Shown: positions 42,401 through 52,490, counted from the first letter of the stretch. The stretch is 64,000 nt of DNA from Candidatus Cloacimonadota bacterium (GCA_023954715.1 JAGSHD010000001.1:364468-428467), one strand, 5' to 3'. Numbers and translations: made by a program. Notes: generated from the letters alone by a model not told the origin.

Positions 42401-43071
42401 GAGAGTTTTTATTGCCACCTGGTACTTTTTATAAATTTGCTGGTAGCTACCAAAATCAACTGCGAGCCAACAAACGACTTGCTTTCATCATCCCTCTAGC
42501 TCTCATTATAATTTTTTTTATCATCAGTCTACAGTTTAACTCAATTGTCGTAACTGGGTTCATTTTTTCAGCCGTGTTACAAGCTTGGAGTGGAGGCTTT
42601 ATATTAATCTGGTTGTATAACCAAGACTGGTTTTTTAACTTTGCTTTGTTTGGTTATCACTTTCGAGAAATTTTTCAAGTTAATACCATCTACATTAGTG
42701 TTGCTGTTTGGGTTGGATTTTTAGCCTTATTTGGTATCGCCACTGACGATGGTGTACTAATGAGCTCCTTTATATCCCAAGAGCTAAAAAACAAAGTCCC
42801 AAAATCCAAGGAAGATTTAAAACAGACTATTTTAGCTGCAGCACAAAAGAGAGTTAGAGCATGTCTAATGACCTCTGCCACAACAATTTTAGCTCTATTA
42901 CCTATTCTTACAAACCATGGTCGAGGTTCAGAGATTATGATACCCATGGCTGTACCTATCTTTGGTGGCATGTGTGTAGCCTTATTGTCCTTATTTCTCA
43001 CTCCTGTTTTGTTTTATTTATATCACAGTTTTACAAGTAACTTTGACAAAAACTCACTTAATGATGAGTAA
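39433..43071 (+). CDS. Heavy-metal efflux RND transporter (CusA/CzcA family)
   Basis: 1212 aa with 12 TM segments, two large periplasmic loops and HME-RND conserved blocks. The alternative GTG start at 39463 would overlap the CusB-like stop as GTGA. Confidence 0.85.
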   Translation: MWHNQRLELTVKNLQSYLICHPLITLAILLSILLTGLFVSPFESSFLPSDLRMPIAVDAIPDLGENQQIVFTSWMGRSPQDIEDQISYPLSTQLMGLPGVKSIRTFSFLGFSTIYVIFNEDVEFYWSRSRIIEKLNSLPNGLLPSGVQATLGPDATPLGQIYLYMLQAFDQDGNRVPQAFNLEEKRTIQDFQAKPLLQSISGVSEVASIGGFVKEYQVQLDPQKLAFYKISLLDVAKSIKTSNLDIGAKTMEYNKVEYLIRGLGFVKDQKDIENTVVKTDAGTPLLIKHLGHVQLVPGFRRGILDDAGEEAVGGIVVARYGENPMKVLADIRSHLKKVNDSFPSKTLKNGKKVKLKIVPYYDRTNVIQETIATLWHALTDEMIIASLVILAFLFHTGSSFLLAIILPFGILLTFIGMKIIGIEANVVALSGIAIAIGVMGDMGIVLVENTQKMLEENPDEKSSLIILKAVSQVNMPILIAASTTIISFLPVFFLTGAEGKLFRPLAYTKTLAILSAVLISLFLLPPLSRYLQALKLKKINKFLAIPIFVLCLCTITYTWSPLGNQSGYFFNLFFVSLVILSLLISFSILKIYYLSILKKCLNYSKTFLFIPITITMLGMTIWLGVQNVFFFLPDSILSSTLFMSYSKKFPGLGSEFMPKLKEGSFLYMPTSMPHASGEEMTEVLSILDQKIASVPEVEWAVGKAGRAASALDPAPMSMIETIIQYHSEFKLDKDGNQALFSFDSKSNQFIRDQNNLLINDSNGKPYRNWRKHIKTPQDIWDEIIKVSQIPGTTSAPFLQPIEARLVMLQSGMRAPMGIKIIGDDLQTMEQFGLYLEKTLKEVTGVKSSAVFSDRIVGKPYLEVDWNREELARYGISILEAQRHLEWGVGGGKISEVIDGRNRFALSLRFLKDYRDSPEDLEKLLISPSGGHTAIPLSLLAKVHYRKGPQAIKGEDSKLVSYVLFDKDNNFSEGEVIQSIQEHFRQKQKSGEFLLPPGTFYKFAGSYQNQLRANKRLAFIIPLALIIIFFIISLQFNSIVVTGFIFSAVLQAWSGGFILIWLYNQDWFFNFALFGYHFREIFQVNTIYISVAVWVGFLALFGIATDDGVLMSSFISQELKNKVPKSKEDLKQTILAAAQKRVRACLMTSATTILALLPILTNHGRGSEIMIPMAVPIFGGMCVALLSLFLTPVLFYLYHSFTSNFDKNSLNDE

Positions 43072-43146
43072 ACTCTAATGATAAAGAAAGTTTGCTGTTA
43101 AGTCTTTGTAACAGTATAATGTCTCAAATCAATTACGGAGCTCCTT

Positions 43147-43695
43147 ATGAAAAACATTCTAATTTTATCTTTCTTTTTTACTTCTATAAGTTTTAGTGCT
43201 GGCACAGATCAAAAAACACCTTTGATTAAAAAGATTTTAAAAAAAATATATAAAAAGAAGATGATAGAGCAGCAGCAACAAGACCTTTTTACTCGAATCG
43301 AGTCCAATATTACAAAAGGTAATAACCTGCTGTTTGATGATTTAATGGAATGGGAGAAAAACACTCAGAACATTGAAGCAAAGTACAAATTATTCAAACA
43401 ACTTGAAAAAAAATCATTAAAAATACTTAAAAGTAGATTTTTAAAAGAAATCAATATGTATAGTCTTGTATTAAAAGCAAATATGCATTTATACCGTAAA
43501 AACTTTACTCTTTCTGAGTTAAAAACTCTCTTAAAGTTTTATAATACGGCTGCTGGTGTTAAAACAATTGAAATCGCACCTCAATTACTAGCTACTTCTC
43601 AAGAGATTATGGCAAAACAATTGGTTCCTGCTACTTCTAAAATCGCCAAAGAAGTCCAAAAAAATATGGTAGAAGAATTTATAGCATCTGAGTAA
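43147..43695 (+). CDS. Hypothetical secreted protein
   Basis: 182 aa with a signal peptide, lysine-rich and helical. Confidence 0.45.
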   Translation: MKNILILSFFFTSISFSAGTDQKTPLIKKILKKIYKKKMIEQQQQDLFTRIESNITKGNNLLFDDLMEWEKNTQNIEAKYKLFKQLEKKSLKILKSRFLKEINMYSLVLKANMHLYRKNFTLSELKTLLKFYNTAAGVKTIEIAPQLLATSQEIMAKQLVPATSKIAKEVQKNMVEEFIASE

Positions 43696-43717
43696 TCAAT
43701 CTATTATCTGATAGCAA

Positions 43718-45607
43718 TTATGAGTTTAGCTCTTTCAACTCTTCGAGCTCTTCCCATCTTTCATAAACAGACTCTAGTGTAGAGTTTAACTTCACTTGTT
43801 GCTCTGCTAAGTCATTGTATTGATCATAATCAACTAGATTAGTTACTTGATCATCAAGAGTTTGTTTTTCGGCCTCAAGTGAGTCGATTTGAACTAAAAT
43901 ATCTTTTAACTCATTTTGCTCTTTGTAACCAAACTTTTTAACTGATCTCTTAGGCTTTTGCCCTTTTTGATAGCTAATCTCTTGAGTACTTACTTCAGCA
44001 CTCTCAAGATCTCTTTTTTGTTTTAATAATTTAAAAATCGTAAAGTTACCTGGAGTATAAAATGGGGTTTCTTCTTCGCCTATCTCAATAACCGATGTAC
44101 AAACCCGATCTAAAAAGTACCTATCATGTGATATGACAAATGCACAGCCTTCATAAGCTAAAACTGCTTCTTCTAAAAGACGTAGAGTTAACAAATCTAA
44201 ATCATTGGTTGGCTCATCTAAAATTAGGAAATTACCTTCTGTAGCCATCATTCTGGCAAGTAAAAGCCTTGCTCTTTCACCACCCGATAAGAGCTTAATC
44301 TTTTTATTGTGAGTATCTGGGTAAAAATTAAACCGATCTAAAAAAGAGTTTACATGTATATTTTTTCCTTGAAAGGTTAAAAACTCTCCAAACTCTGACA
44401 TAGAGCCCAACACTGTATCTTCTTCATCTAAAAAGGCTCTGTTTTGATCTAAATAGCAAAAGTGAGTATTTTGACCAACAATTACTCCACCTTCATCTGC
44501 TTTTACTTGATCTAGTAAGATCTTTATAAAAGTAGACTTACCTGCACCATTTTTACCGATGATACCGATTTTTTCACCGTCTAAAACTTTATGGACGGAG
44601 TTTTTGAAAAGCCATTTATCAAATTTTTTACCTAGCTGGTTCCACTCTAATATGGTATTACCTAGTTTTCTAGATAAACCAAATCGAAACTCTCCTAAAG
44701 GATCTGGACGATAAGACAGGCTGTCTGATACTTCTGCAAATTGATCTATTCGATACTTTGCTTTTGTACCTCTAGCTCTAGGCTGTTTATTGATCCAAAC
44801 CAACTCTCTTTTTAAAAAAGAACTTTTATTTTTATTAGTACGGTCTTCTACACTATCCTCTAAGGCACGGCTTTCTAAAAATTTGTCGTAGTTTCCCTCA
44901 TAAACTTTTAATCCTCCGCGATCTAAGTTTACGATTGTATCAATCACGTTGGTTAAAAAGTATCTATCGTGAGTCACCAATAACAATGCCCCTTTATAGT
45001 CGATCAACATTTGCTCTAACCACTCAATAGAATAAGTATCTAAATGATTGGTTGGCTCATCTAAAAATAAACAATCTGCTTGCTGTAAAAATATTTTTGC
45101 TAAAGCAACCTTTTTGATCTCTCCACCACTTAAAGAGTCTACTTTTATATGATGGTCTGCTATACCGATTTGATGTAAGTATTGACGTACTTTGTTGTCT
45201 AAATCCCAAACATTCAAGGACTCCATTTCGTCTTGAATCTTTGCCAGTTGATCAATTAATTTATCTGTAGGATTTTCAGAAACCTCTAAGGTCAGCTTTT
45301 CAAATTTCTCTAATAATCTTAACTCTTTTTGGTTATCCTGCAATACCTCTTCAAAAATCGTATTACCTGGAGTCAACTTTGGGTTTTGAGACAAATAAGC
45401 AAATTTAAATCCCTTATTTTTATGAATATTACCACTATCTGGAGACTCGTCTCCCATGATGATTTTCATAAGGGTCGATTTACCCGACCCATTGGCACCG
45501 ATCAAAGCAATTTTTTGATTTTCAACCAATCCAAAATTGACTTCATCAAGTACTTTTGTAACACCATATTGTTTAGTGACCTTTTCGATTGATAGGATAT
45601 TAACCAT
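43718..45607 (-). CDS. ABC-F family ATPase (Uup/EttA-like)
   Basis: 629 aa. Two ABC cassettes are present (Walker A GANGSGKST and GKNGAGKST; signatures LSGGE). A C-terminal coiled coil follows. Confidence 0.85.
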   Translation of the reverse strand: MVNILSIEKVTKQYGVTKVLDEVNFGLVENQKIALIGANGSGKSTLMKIIMGDESPDSGNIHKNKGFKFAYLSQNPKLTPGNTIFEEVLQDNQKELRLLEKFEKLTLEVSENPTDKLIDQLAKIQDEMESLNVWDLDNKVRQYLHQIGIADHHIKVDSLSGGEIKKVALAKIFLQQADCLFLDEPTNHLDTYSIEWLEQMLIDYKGALLLVTHDRYFLTNVIDTIVNLDRGGLKVYEGNYDKFLESRALEDSVEDRTNKNKSSFLKRELVWINKQPRARGTKAKYRIDQFAEVSDSLSYRPDPLGEFRFGLSRKLGNTILEWNQLGKKFDKWLFKNSVHKVLDGEKIGIIGKNGAGKSTFIKILLDQVKADEGGVIVGQNTHFCYLDQNRAFLDEEDTVLGSMSEFGEFLTFQGKNIHVNSFLDRFNFYPDTHNKKIKLLSGGERARLLLARMMATEGNFLILDEPTNDLDLLTLRLLEEAVLAYEGCAFVISHDRYFLDRVCTSVIEIGEEETPFYTPGNFTIFKLLKQKRDLESAEVSTQEISYQKGQKPKRSVKKFGYKEQNELKDILVQIDSLEAEKQTLDDQVTNLVDYDQYNDLAEQQVKLNSTLESVYERWEELEELKELNS

Positions 45608-46938
45608 TATTCATCTTCCAGACGATCCGTATCATCTTCATCACCATATTGAGCAAACATACTTTCAAAGGAGTCATCTATAAAGTCAAAGCAAATATCT
45701 CCAACAAATAATGGATCTCCATCTTCTGCTCCATGCTCTCTTAGATATTCCACAATACCCATGCTGGTCATAATCGCTTGTAATCTCTGAACACTTTGCT
45801 CTTGTTCAAAATTAGTCATTGCTACAACTCTTTCAATGTCTGTACCAGATATAAACCATCCCATATCCATATCCATTCGGATTTTTAATGGTTTATCTTT
45901 TGGAGCTTGGTACTCCACTTGAAATACTTCTTGCTGTGGTGGAAACTCTTTTAACAACTCTGCAATACGATAGACTAGCTCTTTTGTGCCCTCACCTGTT
46001 AGCGCAGAGATTAAATGAATTTCTTCTTTGAATCCCGCTTCACGAAGTTTTGATTCAAACTCAAGATGAGATTCTTGAGCGTCCGGCATATCTGCTTTAT
46101 TCAAAGCTATGATTTGCATTTTATTAGCCAATTTTTCAGAGTATTTTTGTAGTTCGTCGTTGACCTTCACAAAATTTTCAAAAGCATCTCTACCATCATA
46201 CGGAAACAAATCAATCATGTGCAACAAGAAACCTGTACGCTCAATATGACGTAAAAATTGATGGCCCAAACCCTGTCCAGTATGAGCTCCTTCGATGATC
46301 CCTGGAATATCAGCCATTAAAATAGAGTCTAAATCATTGATTGGCACCATACCTAAGTTAGGGACTAAGGTCGTAAATGGATAATCAGCAATTTTAGGTT
46401 TTGCATTAGATACCTTAGCGATAAAAGTAGATTTACCAACATTTGGAAACCCAATAATACCCACATCAGCACACATTTTTAACTCAAATCGCACTTCAAA
46501 CTCTTGCCCTGGTTGGCCTTTTTCACAATATTGAGGATAAGTATTATTTTTAGTAATTAATGCTCGATTCCCTTTACCACCTATTCCACCTTTAGCTAGT
46601 AAAATCTTCATTCCATCTGTATGTAAATCTGCGATGATTTCACCCTGTAAATTTAAAATACAAGTACCTGTAGGCACTTCTAGAATTAAATCAGGAGCTT
46701 TTCTTCCATCTGCTCTTTTTTTACCAGCTTCGCCATTTTCAGCATATTTATGTTTTGAATATCTAAACCTAGATAGACTGTTTATCGTGGACTTAGTGAC
46801 TACGTATACATCTCCACCTTTTCCACCTGTCCCTCCATCAGGGCCCTTAAATGCTTTATGACGAGACTTTATATAACTAACCATCCCGTTTCCACCAGCA
46901 CCAGCTTTTATTTTGACTGTAGTTTCATCGATAAACAT
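45607..46938 (-). CDS. obg: GTPase Obg/CgtA
   Basis: 443 aa. The Obg fold has Gly-rich repeats. G1 is GFPNVGKST and G3 is DIPG. A C-terminal OCT/TGS-like acidic domain is present. The gene overlaps the ABC-F start by 1 nt. Confidence 0.9.
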   Translation of the reverse strand: MFIDETTVKIKAGAGGNGMVSYIKSRHKAFKGPDGGTGGKGGDVYVVTKSTINSLSRFRYSKHKYAENGEAGKKRADGRKAPDLILEVPTGTCILNLQGEIIADLHTDGMKILLAKGGIGGKGNRALITKNNTYPQYCEKGQPGQEFEVRFELKMCADVGIIGFPNVGKSTFIAKVSNAKPKIADYPFTTLVPNLGMVPINDLDSILMADIPGIIEGAHTGQGLGHQFLRHIERTGFLLHMIDLFPYDGRDAFENFVKVNDELQKYSEKLANKMQIIALNKADMPDAQESHLEFESKLREAGFKEEIHLISALTGEGTKELVYRIAELLKEFPPQQEVFQVEYQAPKDKPLKIRMDMDMGWFISGTDIERVVAMTNFEQEQSVQRLQAIMTSMGIVEYLREHGAEDGDPLFVGDICFDFIDDSFESMFAQYGDEDDTDRLEDE

Positions 46939-47088
46939 ATCTATCCTTTTGGAAAACCTAAAATAAAACCATCCCCAAGTATCTTGTTTGGTTTTCCAAA
47001 GTGGGGATTAAAATATTAATTCAATTGCTCTTCTAAAAGTTACATCACAAATATATGCAAAATGAATAATTAGATGTAGTTCAACAAG

Positions 47089-47496
47089 CTATATGAGATT
47101 TATAAATAATAAAAGTAAACAAGCTAAAATTGCACTTATAATAAGATAAAACAATCTCATAATCCAACTTGCGCTAGACTCTGTATAAGTTGTAGTTTTA
47201 AGATGATTATACACTTCGTTATTGGCTATAAAGTCAATAAACGATAATATTGCTCCTACAATTGCAAGATTTTTAAAGTGCAAATGATAAGCCCCTAACC
47301 AAATAGAGATATTAAAAGCAAAAACTAGATATAGAAAAAAATAAAACTGACCTGAAGTCTCTGGTGATACTATTTCAAGTCCCTCTATTTCTATCCTTCC
47401 GGTGGTTAAATACTGAAAGGTCTCTGAACTTCTTTTTAAAGAACTCAGATATAAGACGGAAATGATCCCGATAAGCACACATAATATGATTTTCAT
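47089..47496 (-). CDS. Hypothetical small membrane protein
   Basis: 135 aa with four hydrophobic helices. Confidence 0.45.
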   Translation of the reverse strand: MKIILCVLIGIISVLYLSSLKRSSETFQYLTTGRIEIEGLEIVSPETSGQFYFFLYLVFAFNISIWLGAYHLHFKNLAIVGAILSFIDFIANNEVYNHLKTTTYTESSASWIMRLFYLIISAILACLLLLFINLI

Positions 47497-47688
47497 AAGC
47501 TTTTTGTTAACTCGTAATTACTTCATGTCGAAAAACATTAGTAGTTTAACAAATAAATCAATTCAACAACACCATGTACTATGATGTATATATTCAACAA
47601 AAATACGAACAGAATTTTTACCAAGCTATCATTATATTGTAAAAATTTCTTTAATCACAATATTTCATCTAGAAAAGGCACACATAAT

Positions 47689-48786
47689 ATGTTTCTGTTT
47701 ACACCAAAAATGTCTCGACTAAGACTCTTAGGATACAAATCTTTTGGTATGTGCATGTTGTTATCAGTTTTGGTTACTACTAGTTTTGCAACCAATCTTG
47801 TTGTGGATAACAAGGACGAATATTTATCTGAACCAATTCATCAAAAACCTATCGTTGAACAAGACGACTTTTTTAGTCGATATGCCCCTGAAAAGTTACT
47901 CCACTCTAATGCCACCCAAAAAGAAGACATTAGAATTAATTCTGCCATGGATGTTTCTCGCTATTCAGATGAAGTTGTAAAATTCAGCGGTATCGAAAAA
48001 CTTACTTCTGGTAAAAGATATCATAAGAAAGAAACTATATTAGATTATTCAAGGCTTATGCCATCTAACAGTGGTCCTACTGGTTTGATCAATGCAATTT
48101 CTGCTAGAGGATTACCAGAAGGTAAGATATCAGCTGCCTATATCAATACCAAAAGTGAAATAAAACAAGCTAATCTATTTAAAAATACAAAGTCATTTAG
48201 TGCAAATGATGCTAATTTTTTAATTAACTATGGTTATACAGATAATTTTGAACTTAACTTAAAAGTTCTTAAGACCTCTAGAAATCTTCAAACTCAAACA
48301 GGAAACTCTTATCACTCATCTTTAGAAGGTTTTCCCGAGTTTACTTTTGGTTTAAAGGCACATCAAAAGTATAAAAGTAACGAGTATGCGATCGGGTTTT
48401 TGAATACGAATATTTCAAGTTCTGCCCGTAAATTGATTGTAGATCAAGATTTTGAAAACTTTAAATCATTTTATGTCTCTGTAACAAGTGACTTTACTTA
48501 CAGAACTGAATCACACTTTGTATTGAAACGTAATAGCACAGACAAGAAATTTAACACCAGCAATACTTGGCTAACATTTATCGGTGGGTTTGATACCAAA
48601 CTTTCAAAGAAAACTCATCTGTTAACTGAAATCAAATATGAAAACTTCAAGTCAAATGTGAAAGATATTAGTATCAATGGCGGTATCCGACATAATATGA
48701 AAAACTCTGCTTTAGATTTATTTATAGTACGTGGAAACCAAACTGGCTACTCTGAAACTGGATTTAAAATATCTGGTGCATTCTAA
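47689..48786 (+). CDS. Outer-membrane beta-barrel protein (putative)
   Basis: The start is chosen at MFLFTPKMSRLRLLGYKSFGMCMLLSVLVTTSFA (signal peptide). The protein has alternating amphipathic strands and a C-terminal ...KISGAF ending in Phe, typical of OMPs. Confidence 0.5.
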   Translation: MFLFTPKMSRLRLLGYKSFGMCMLLSVLVTTSFATNLVVDNKDEYLSEPIHQKPIVEQDDFFSRYAPEKLLHSNATQKEDIRINSAMDVSRYSDEVVKFSGIEKLTSGKRYHKKETILDYSRLMPSNSGPTGLINAISARGLPEGKISAAYINTKSEIKQANLFKNTKSFSANDANFLINYGYTDNFELNLKVLKTSRNLQTQTGNSYHSSLEGFPEFTFGLKAHQKYKSNEYAIGFLNTNISSSARKLIVDQDFENFKSFYVSVTSDFTYRTESHFVLKRNSTDKKFNTSNTWLTFIGGFDTKLSKKTHLLTEIKYENFKSNVKDISINGGIRHNMKNSALDLFIVRGNQTGYSETGFKISGAF

Positions 48787-48795
48787 GTTAGTCTT

Positions 48796-49908
48796 ATGAA
48801 AAAGCCTCTTGAAACTGTCTATAAGCTTTTAGAAATAGTTGAAGATCGAAAAAAGAAAGACTTAAGCTTATCTAATCTACTCATTGGTGACCCAAATATT
48901 GACCCCCCTAAATCCCTCTTAAAAGCTCTTGAAAACAGTGTTTTTGATGGCCCTAATGGTTATAGTCCAGCCAAAGGTGATCCACACTTGATTGATGCTA
49001 TTATATCGTATGACAAAGTTAAAGCCAATCCTTCACAATTAATCATTGGAAATGGGTCTAAAACCCTGGTTTTTATTGCATTAAAACTATTGCTTCAGCC
49101 AAATGATAAAGTTTGTCTTTTCAGTCCCTATTATCCCGCCTATCAATCTCTATTACTTGAGTTCAATGCACAAATAACAAATTTAGATTATACTCGAGAT
49201 TATCTAAATGAGATAAAGAAAATAAAACCAAAGCTCGTCATTTTAACAAGTCCAAACAATCCCGATGGACAAACATTTACCAAAATTCAATTACAAGAGA
49301 TTTCAGACCTTACAAAACAGCTAAACTCTTATTTTATCATCGATGAGGCTTATCGCAATTTTATATATGATGAAGAAGTCTCTCAAGATTTATCAGACTT
49401 TATCTACGAGGATCACGTTATTTGCTTAAGGACATTCTCAAAAGCTCTGGCAATCTGTGGTTGGAGAATCGGTTACTGTATTGCAAATACAAACTTGATA
49501 AAACAGATGGCGCAAACTCAACTCTCTTTATTTAATCCGCTCAATCGAATCATGCAAAGAGCATTAACAAAATACCTAAAAAACCCTGATATAGGCTTTA
49601 ACAGCAAATCAAAACATATTTTCAAAAGTCGACTTAATAAAGTCTGCTCCTCTTTTGCTAAGCGCAACATCAAGGTTTCATCGCCTTTAGGAGCATTTTA
49701 TATATTTTTAAAGTTAAATTTAAGCGATACACAAGACTTTTGCATTGATTTAGCCACAAATACTGGGATTATTTTGTGGCCTGGCTATGATTTTGGTAAA
49801 CCTAGTTTTATACGAATATCTATAGCACAATTAGAAGAGAGTAAAATTGAATCCCTCATAGAGAGACTGACTCTATATCTAAAAGAAAATAAAGTTAATA
49901 TAATCTAA
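48796..49908 (+). CDS. Pyridoxal-phosphate-dependent aminotransferase, class I/II
   Basis: 370 aa. The motifs are NPDG(Q), a D-E-A-Y-like DEAY at IIDEAY, and the PLP-lysine in TFSKALAICGWRIGY. Confidence 0.75.
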   Translation: MKKPLETVYKLLEIVEDRKKKDLSLSNLLIGDPNIDPPKSLLKALENSVFDGPNGYSPAKGDPHLIDAIISYDKVKANPSQLIIGNGSKTLVFIALKLLLQPNDKVCLFSPYYPAYQSLLLEFNAQITNLDYTRDYLNEIKKIKPKLVILTSPNNPDGQTFTKIQLQEISDLTKQLNSYFIIDEAYRNFIYDEEVSQDLSDFIYEDHVICLRTFSKALAICGWRIGYCIANTNLIKQMAQTQLSLFNPLNRIMQRALTKYLKNPDIGFNSKSKHIFKSRLNKVCSSFAKRNIKVSSPLGAFYIFLKLNLSDTQDFCIDLATNTGIILWPGYDFGKPSFIRISIAQLEESKIESLIERLTLYLKENKVNII

Positions 49909-49922
49909 ACCACTATCTCAAT

Positions 49923-50807
49923 TTAAGAGTATTGTACCTTAGACACTATTGCTCTTAAGTCTGCTTCTACTACTTGTTGAAAATTTTGGGCTATCTCATC
50001 TAACATAGCCCGATCTTTTTGAATTTTTCTAAAATCTCCAACGAAATTTTGAAAACCAACCGAGCTAGCTGAAGCTTCTTCACAAAAAATAAATAATGAA
50101 AAAGGTTCATCTGGATCTTCAAAATCATCCAATCGAAAGCCTGTATTAAACAAATTTTTGCCATCTAAAATCTTACTCAATACACCAGGCAAGACATTAA
50201 ACTCATACTCTGCTACTTTTGCTCTAACATTATCATGTACTTTAGAGCCCGTAACATTTGGTAGCGACATAGAAATAGTATCGTTGTCATCCATTTCGCT
50301 AGGTAAATCTATACTCAAGTACTCAGCGATTAAATCCTCTAAAGTATCATCAATCGTATCTCTTAAATATGCTCGTAATGATTGGATTTCTGAGTAAACT
50401 AATTTATCATCTTCAATAAATCTAAACCATTCTCCTGGTAAGTCAAGTTGCGTTAATTGAAACATTTTCTCTAAAACTTGTTTTTCTTCAGCGGCGATTT
50501 CATCTGACGTTGAATGCTGATCAATATGCTTTATCTGATGCTCTTTATGTAACTCTCGACCTTCTCTATCAAACTCAAGAACATTAGCATAATCAAGAAG
50601 CTTTTCGTTGGCATCCATACGATCTGGCTCGTAACACAGTATTTTATTTACGCCCTTACCAATTCGATTTAAAGTATTGATATTTATTTCGTAGCGTTGC
50701 TTATCTGTCAAAGAATTATAATACTCCAACCTTTCAGCTTCATCCATTTTTTTAAAGTCTGGATTTAATTCCCCAACTATTTCAGTAATAGTATTAGCTA
50801 CACACAC
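49923..50807 (-). CDS. Hypothetical acidic protein
   Basis: 294 aa, highly acidic. No motif. Confidence 0.5.
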   Translation of the reverse strand: MCVANTITEIVGELNPDFKKMDEAERLEYYNSLTDKQRYEININTLNRIGKGVNKILCYEPDRMDANEKLLDYANVLEFDREGRELHKEHQIKHIDQHSTSDEIAAEEKQVLEKMFQLTQLDLPGEWFRFIEDDKLVYSEIQSLRAYLRDTIDDTLEDLIAEYLSIDLPSEMDDNDTISMSLPNVTGSKVHDNVRAKVAEYEFNVLPGVLSKILDGKNLFNTGFRLDDFEDPDEPFSLFIFCEEASASSVGFQNFVGDFRKIQKDRAMLDEIAQNFQQVVEADLRAIVSKVQYS

Positions 50808-51219
50808 AATATATCCCTTCTAAACTCGTTTTTAATTGGTATAATGACCGTTAAATGTTTTATTTGATCTATTTCAAGATTAACATTTTTAGAAAATTTT
50901 ACAAGGTAAAAGGGGCAAATTTCTTTATTTTTATCCATATTGCTTTCTCTCAGTAAGAATAGTATTTATAGTAAATTATCTAGTCTTCAATAAAAAGAAG
51001 ATTTGAATCACTACCTTGGACTATCTACCTAGACCTAAACTTTTCCAAACAAGACAAGTGTTTATCCAAATATCCTCCTAGTTCCCCCTTAAAGAGATAA
51101 CAAGGTCTATTTAACATTTGCAAATTAATCTTACTCTAAGCCAAAAAAATGCCCCTATTATATTTAATAATATTTGCTTTTCAGTTAAAATTAAAAAAAC
51201 AAATTTTACGTGAGGTTTT

Positions 51220-52245
51220 ATGAGTTCATTAAATATAGTCTATTACGAGTTTGAGCCTCGAAAACAAAGAAACCCGTCCACTATTATCGAGGGTGATATT
51301 GGCGATATCGAGTTTCATTGCCCTAGTATGCTACTTGAGTTTAAAAGCTTGATTGGTAAACTCGATAACGTTTCATTACTCTTTTTAGACTCTTCTTGTC
51401 CCGACTATTCTACACAACATTTTTTATATGGATTTAAAAAGATTTTCCCCGATGCGAAAGTTGTTATTTTCAACTCTAAAGGTAGTGCCGAGCACTTAGA
51501 GCATATCGTGTACTCTGGAGTAAAATGTTTTGTTCCTGAAGAGTTTTTACCCAATGATCTACACGGAATGTGCTACAAAGTCTTAGGCCTAGATTATGTA
51601 AAAAAAGAAGACCGACACTATTATAAAGGTAAAATTCTCATCATTGATGAAGAAGTCAATTTAGTTAAATTGTTAGAAACATTTTTATCCCAATTTGGCT
51701 ATGAAATCACTTCTGTCACAGACGCTTCTACTATTGCCACCGTCTTACAAAATGACAACTTCAATCTAGTTTTAATGGATGTAGATATAAAAAGTTTTCC
51801 GGCCCTTGATCTACTAAAAACTATTAAATCCCATGATGAAGAGACTTTCGTTTGTGGTATGGATTGGTTTGGTAACAAAGAAAAAGAAAGAGTTTTAGTT
51901 AATGCAGGCGCATATAAGGTTCTCAAAAAGCCTTTTGAACTTCATATTCTAGCTCAATTGCTAGGCAAACTTATCTTTCGATCCAGTAACGAAGAAATTC
52001 AAGTCGATTATAGTAAAACTCTTAAAAAAGGAAACGGCATAAAAAATAATTTAATGCTCCTCTCCATGGTTTGTGTGGTAACCGTTTTAAGTTTTGCGGT
52101 TGCAGAAAGTCTCTTAAAAGAAAGAGAAGTCGAACAAGTAAAAAAACCACAAAACCCACTAAATCACCCTATTGTACTTCAAATGATGCAACAACCTGTT
52201 GATGCAGACATCGAAAAAATCAAACAAAAGTTGGGTTCTAGATAA
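51220..52245 (+). CDS. Receiver (REC) domain protein with a C-terminal transmembrane anchor
   Basis: 341 aa. The N-terminal ~150 aa resembles a degenerate receiver. Residues ~160-275 are a canonical REC (KILIIDEE...LVLMDVDI...KVLKKPF). One TM follows (LMLLSMVCVVTVLSFAVA), then a short tail. Confidence 0.6.
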   Translation: MSSLNIVYYEFEPRKQRNPSTIIEGDIGDIEFHCPSMLLEFKSLIGKLDNVSLLFLDSSCPDYSTQHFLYGFKKIFPDAKVVIFNSKGSAEHLEHIVYSGVKCFVPEEFLPNDLHGMCYKVLGLDYVKKEDRHYYKGKILIIDEEVNLVKLLETFLSQFGYEITSVTDASTIATVLQNDNFNLVLMDVDIKSFPALDLLKTIKSHDEETFVCGMDWFGNKEKERVLVNAGAYKVLKKPFELHILAQLLGKLIFRSSNEEIQVDYSKTLKKGNGIKNNLMLLSMVCVVTVLSFAVAESLLKEREVEQVKKPQNPLNHPIVLQMMQQPVDADIEKIKQKLGSR

Positions 52246-52263
52246 TTGATAAGGACTTTTTTT

Positions 52264-52490
52264 GTAACTATTCAGCTATAATTTTTCAATTTGTTCACAA
52301 AGGTTGATAACATCTAAGTTTTTGATCATTGTTATATTTTGTATTTTAAGCTTTTGAAGTGTAGTGAACTACTCGAAAAAAGCTTTTAATGTAAAAGATG
52401 ATGATGAGCTAAACCGCATCAATAAAGTAAAAAATGTGAGAAACTTGTATGCTCCTCTCCTTTTATCGAAGAGGACACCTGAATAATTAC
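52264..52490 (+). mobile_element. MITE-like element, copy C (227 bp)
   Basis: TIRs GTAACTATTCAG / CTGAATAATTAC. No TSD. The 3' TIR provides the TAA stop (52487-52489, minus strand) of the adjacent 384-aa ORF. Confidence 0.85.
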
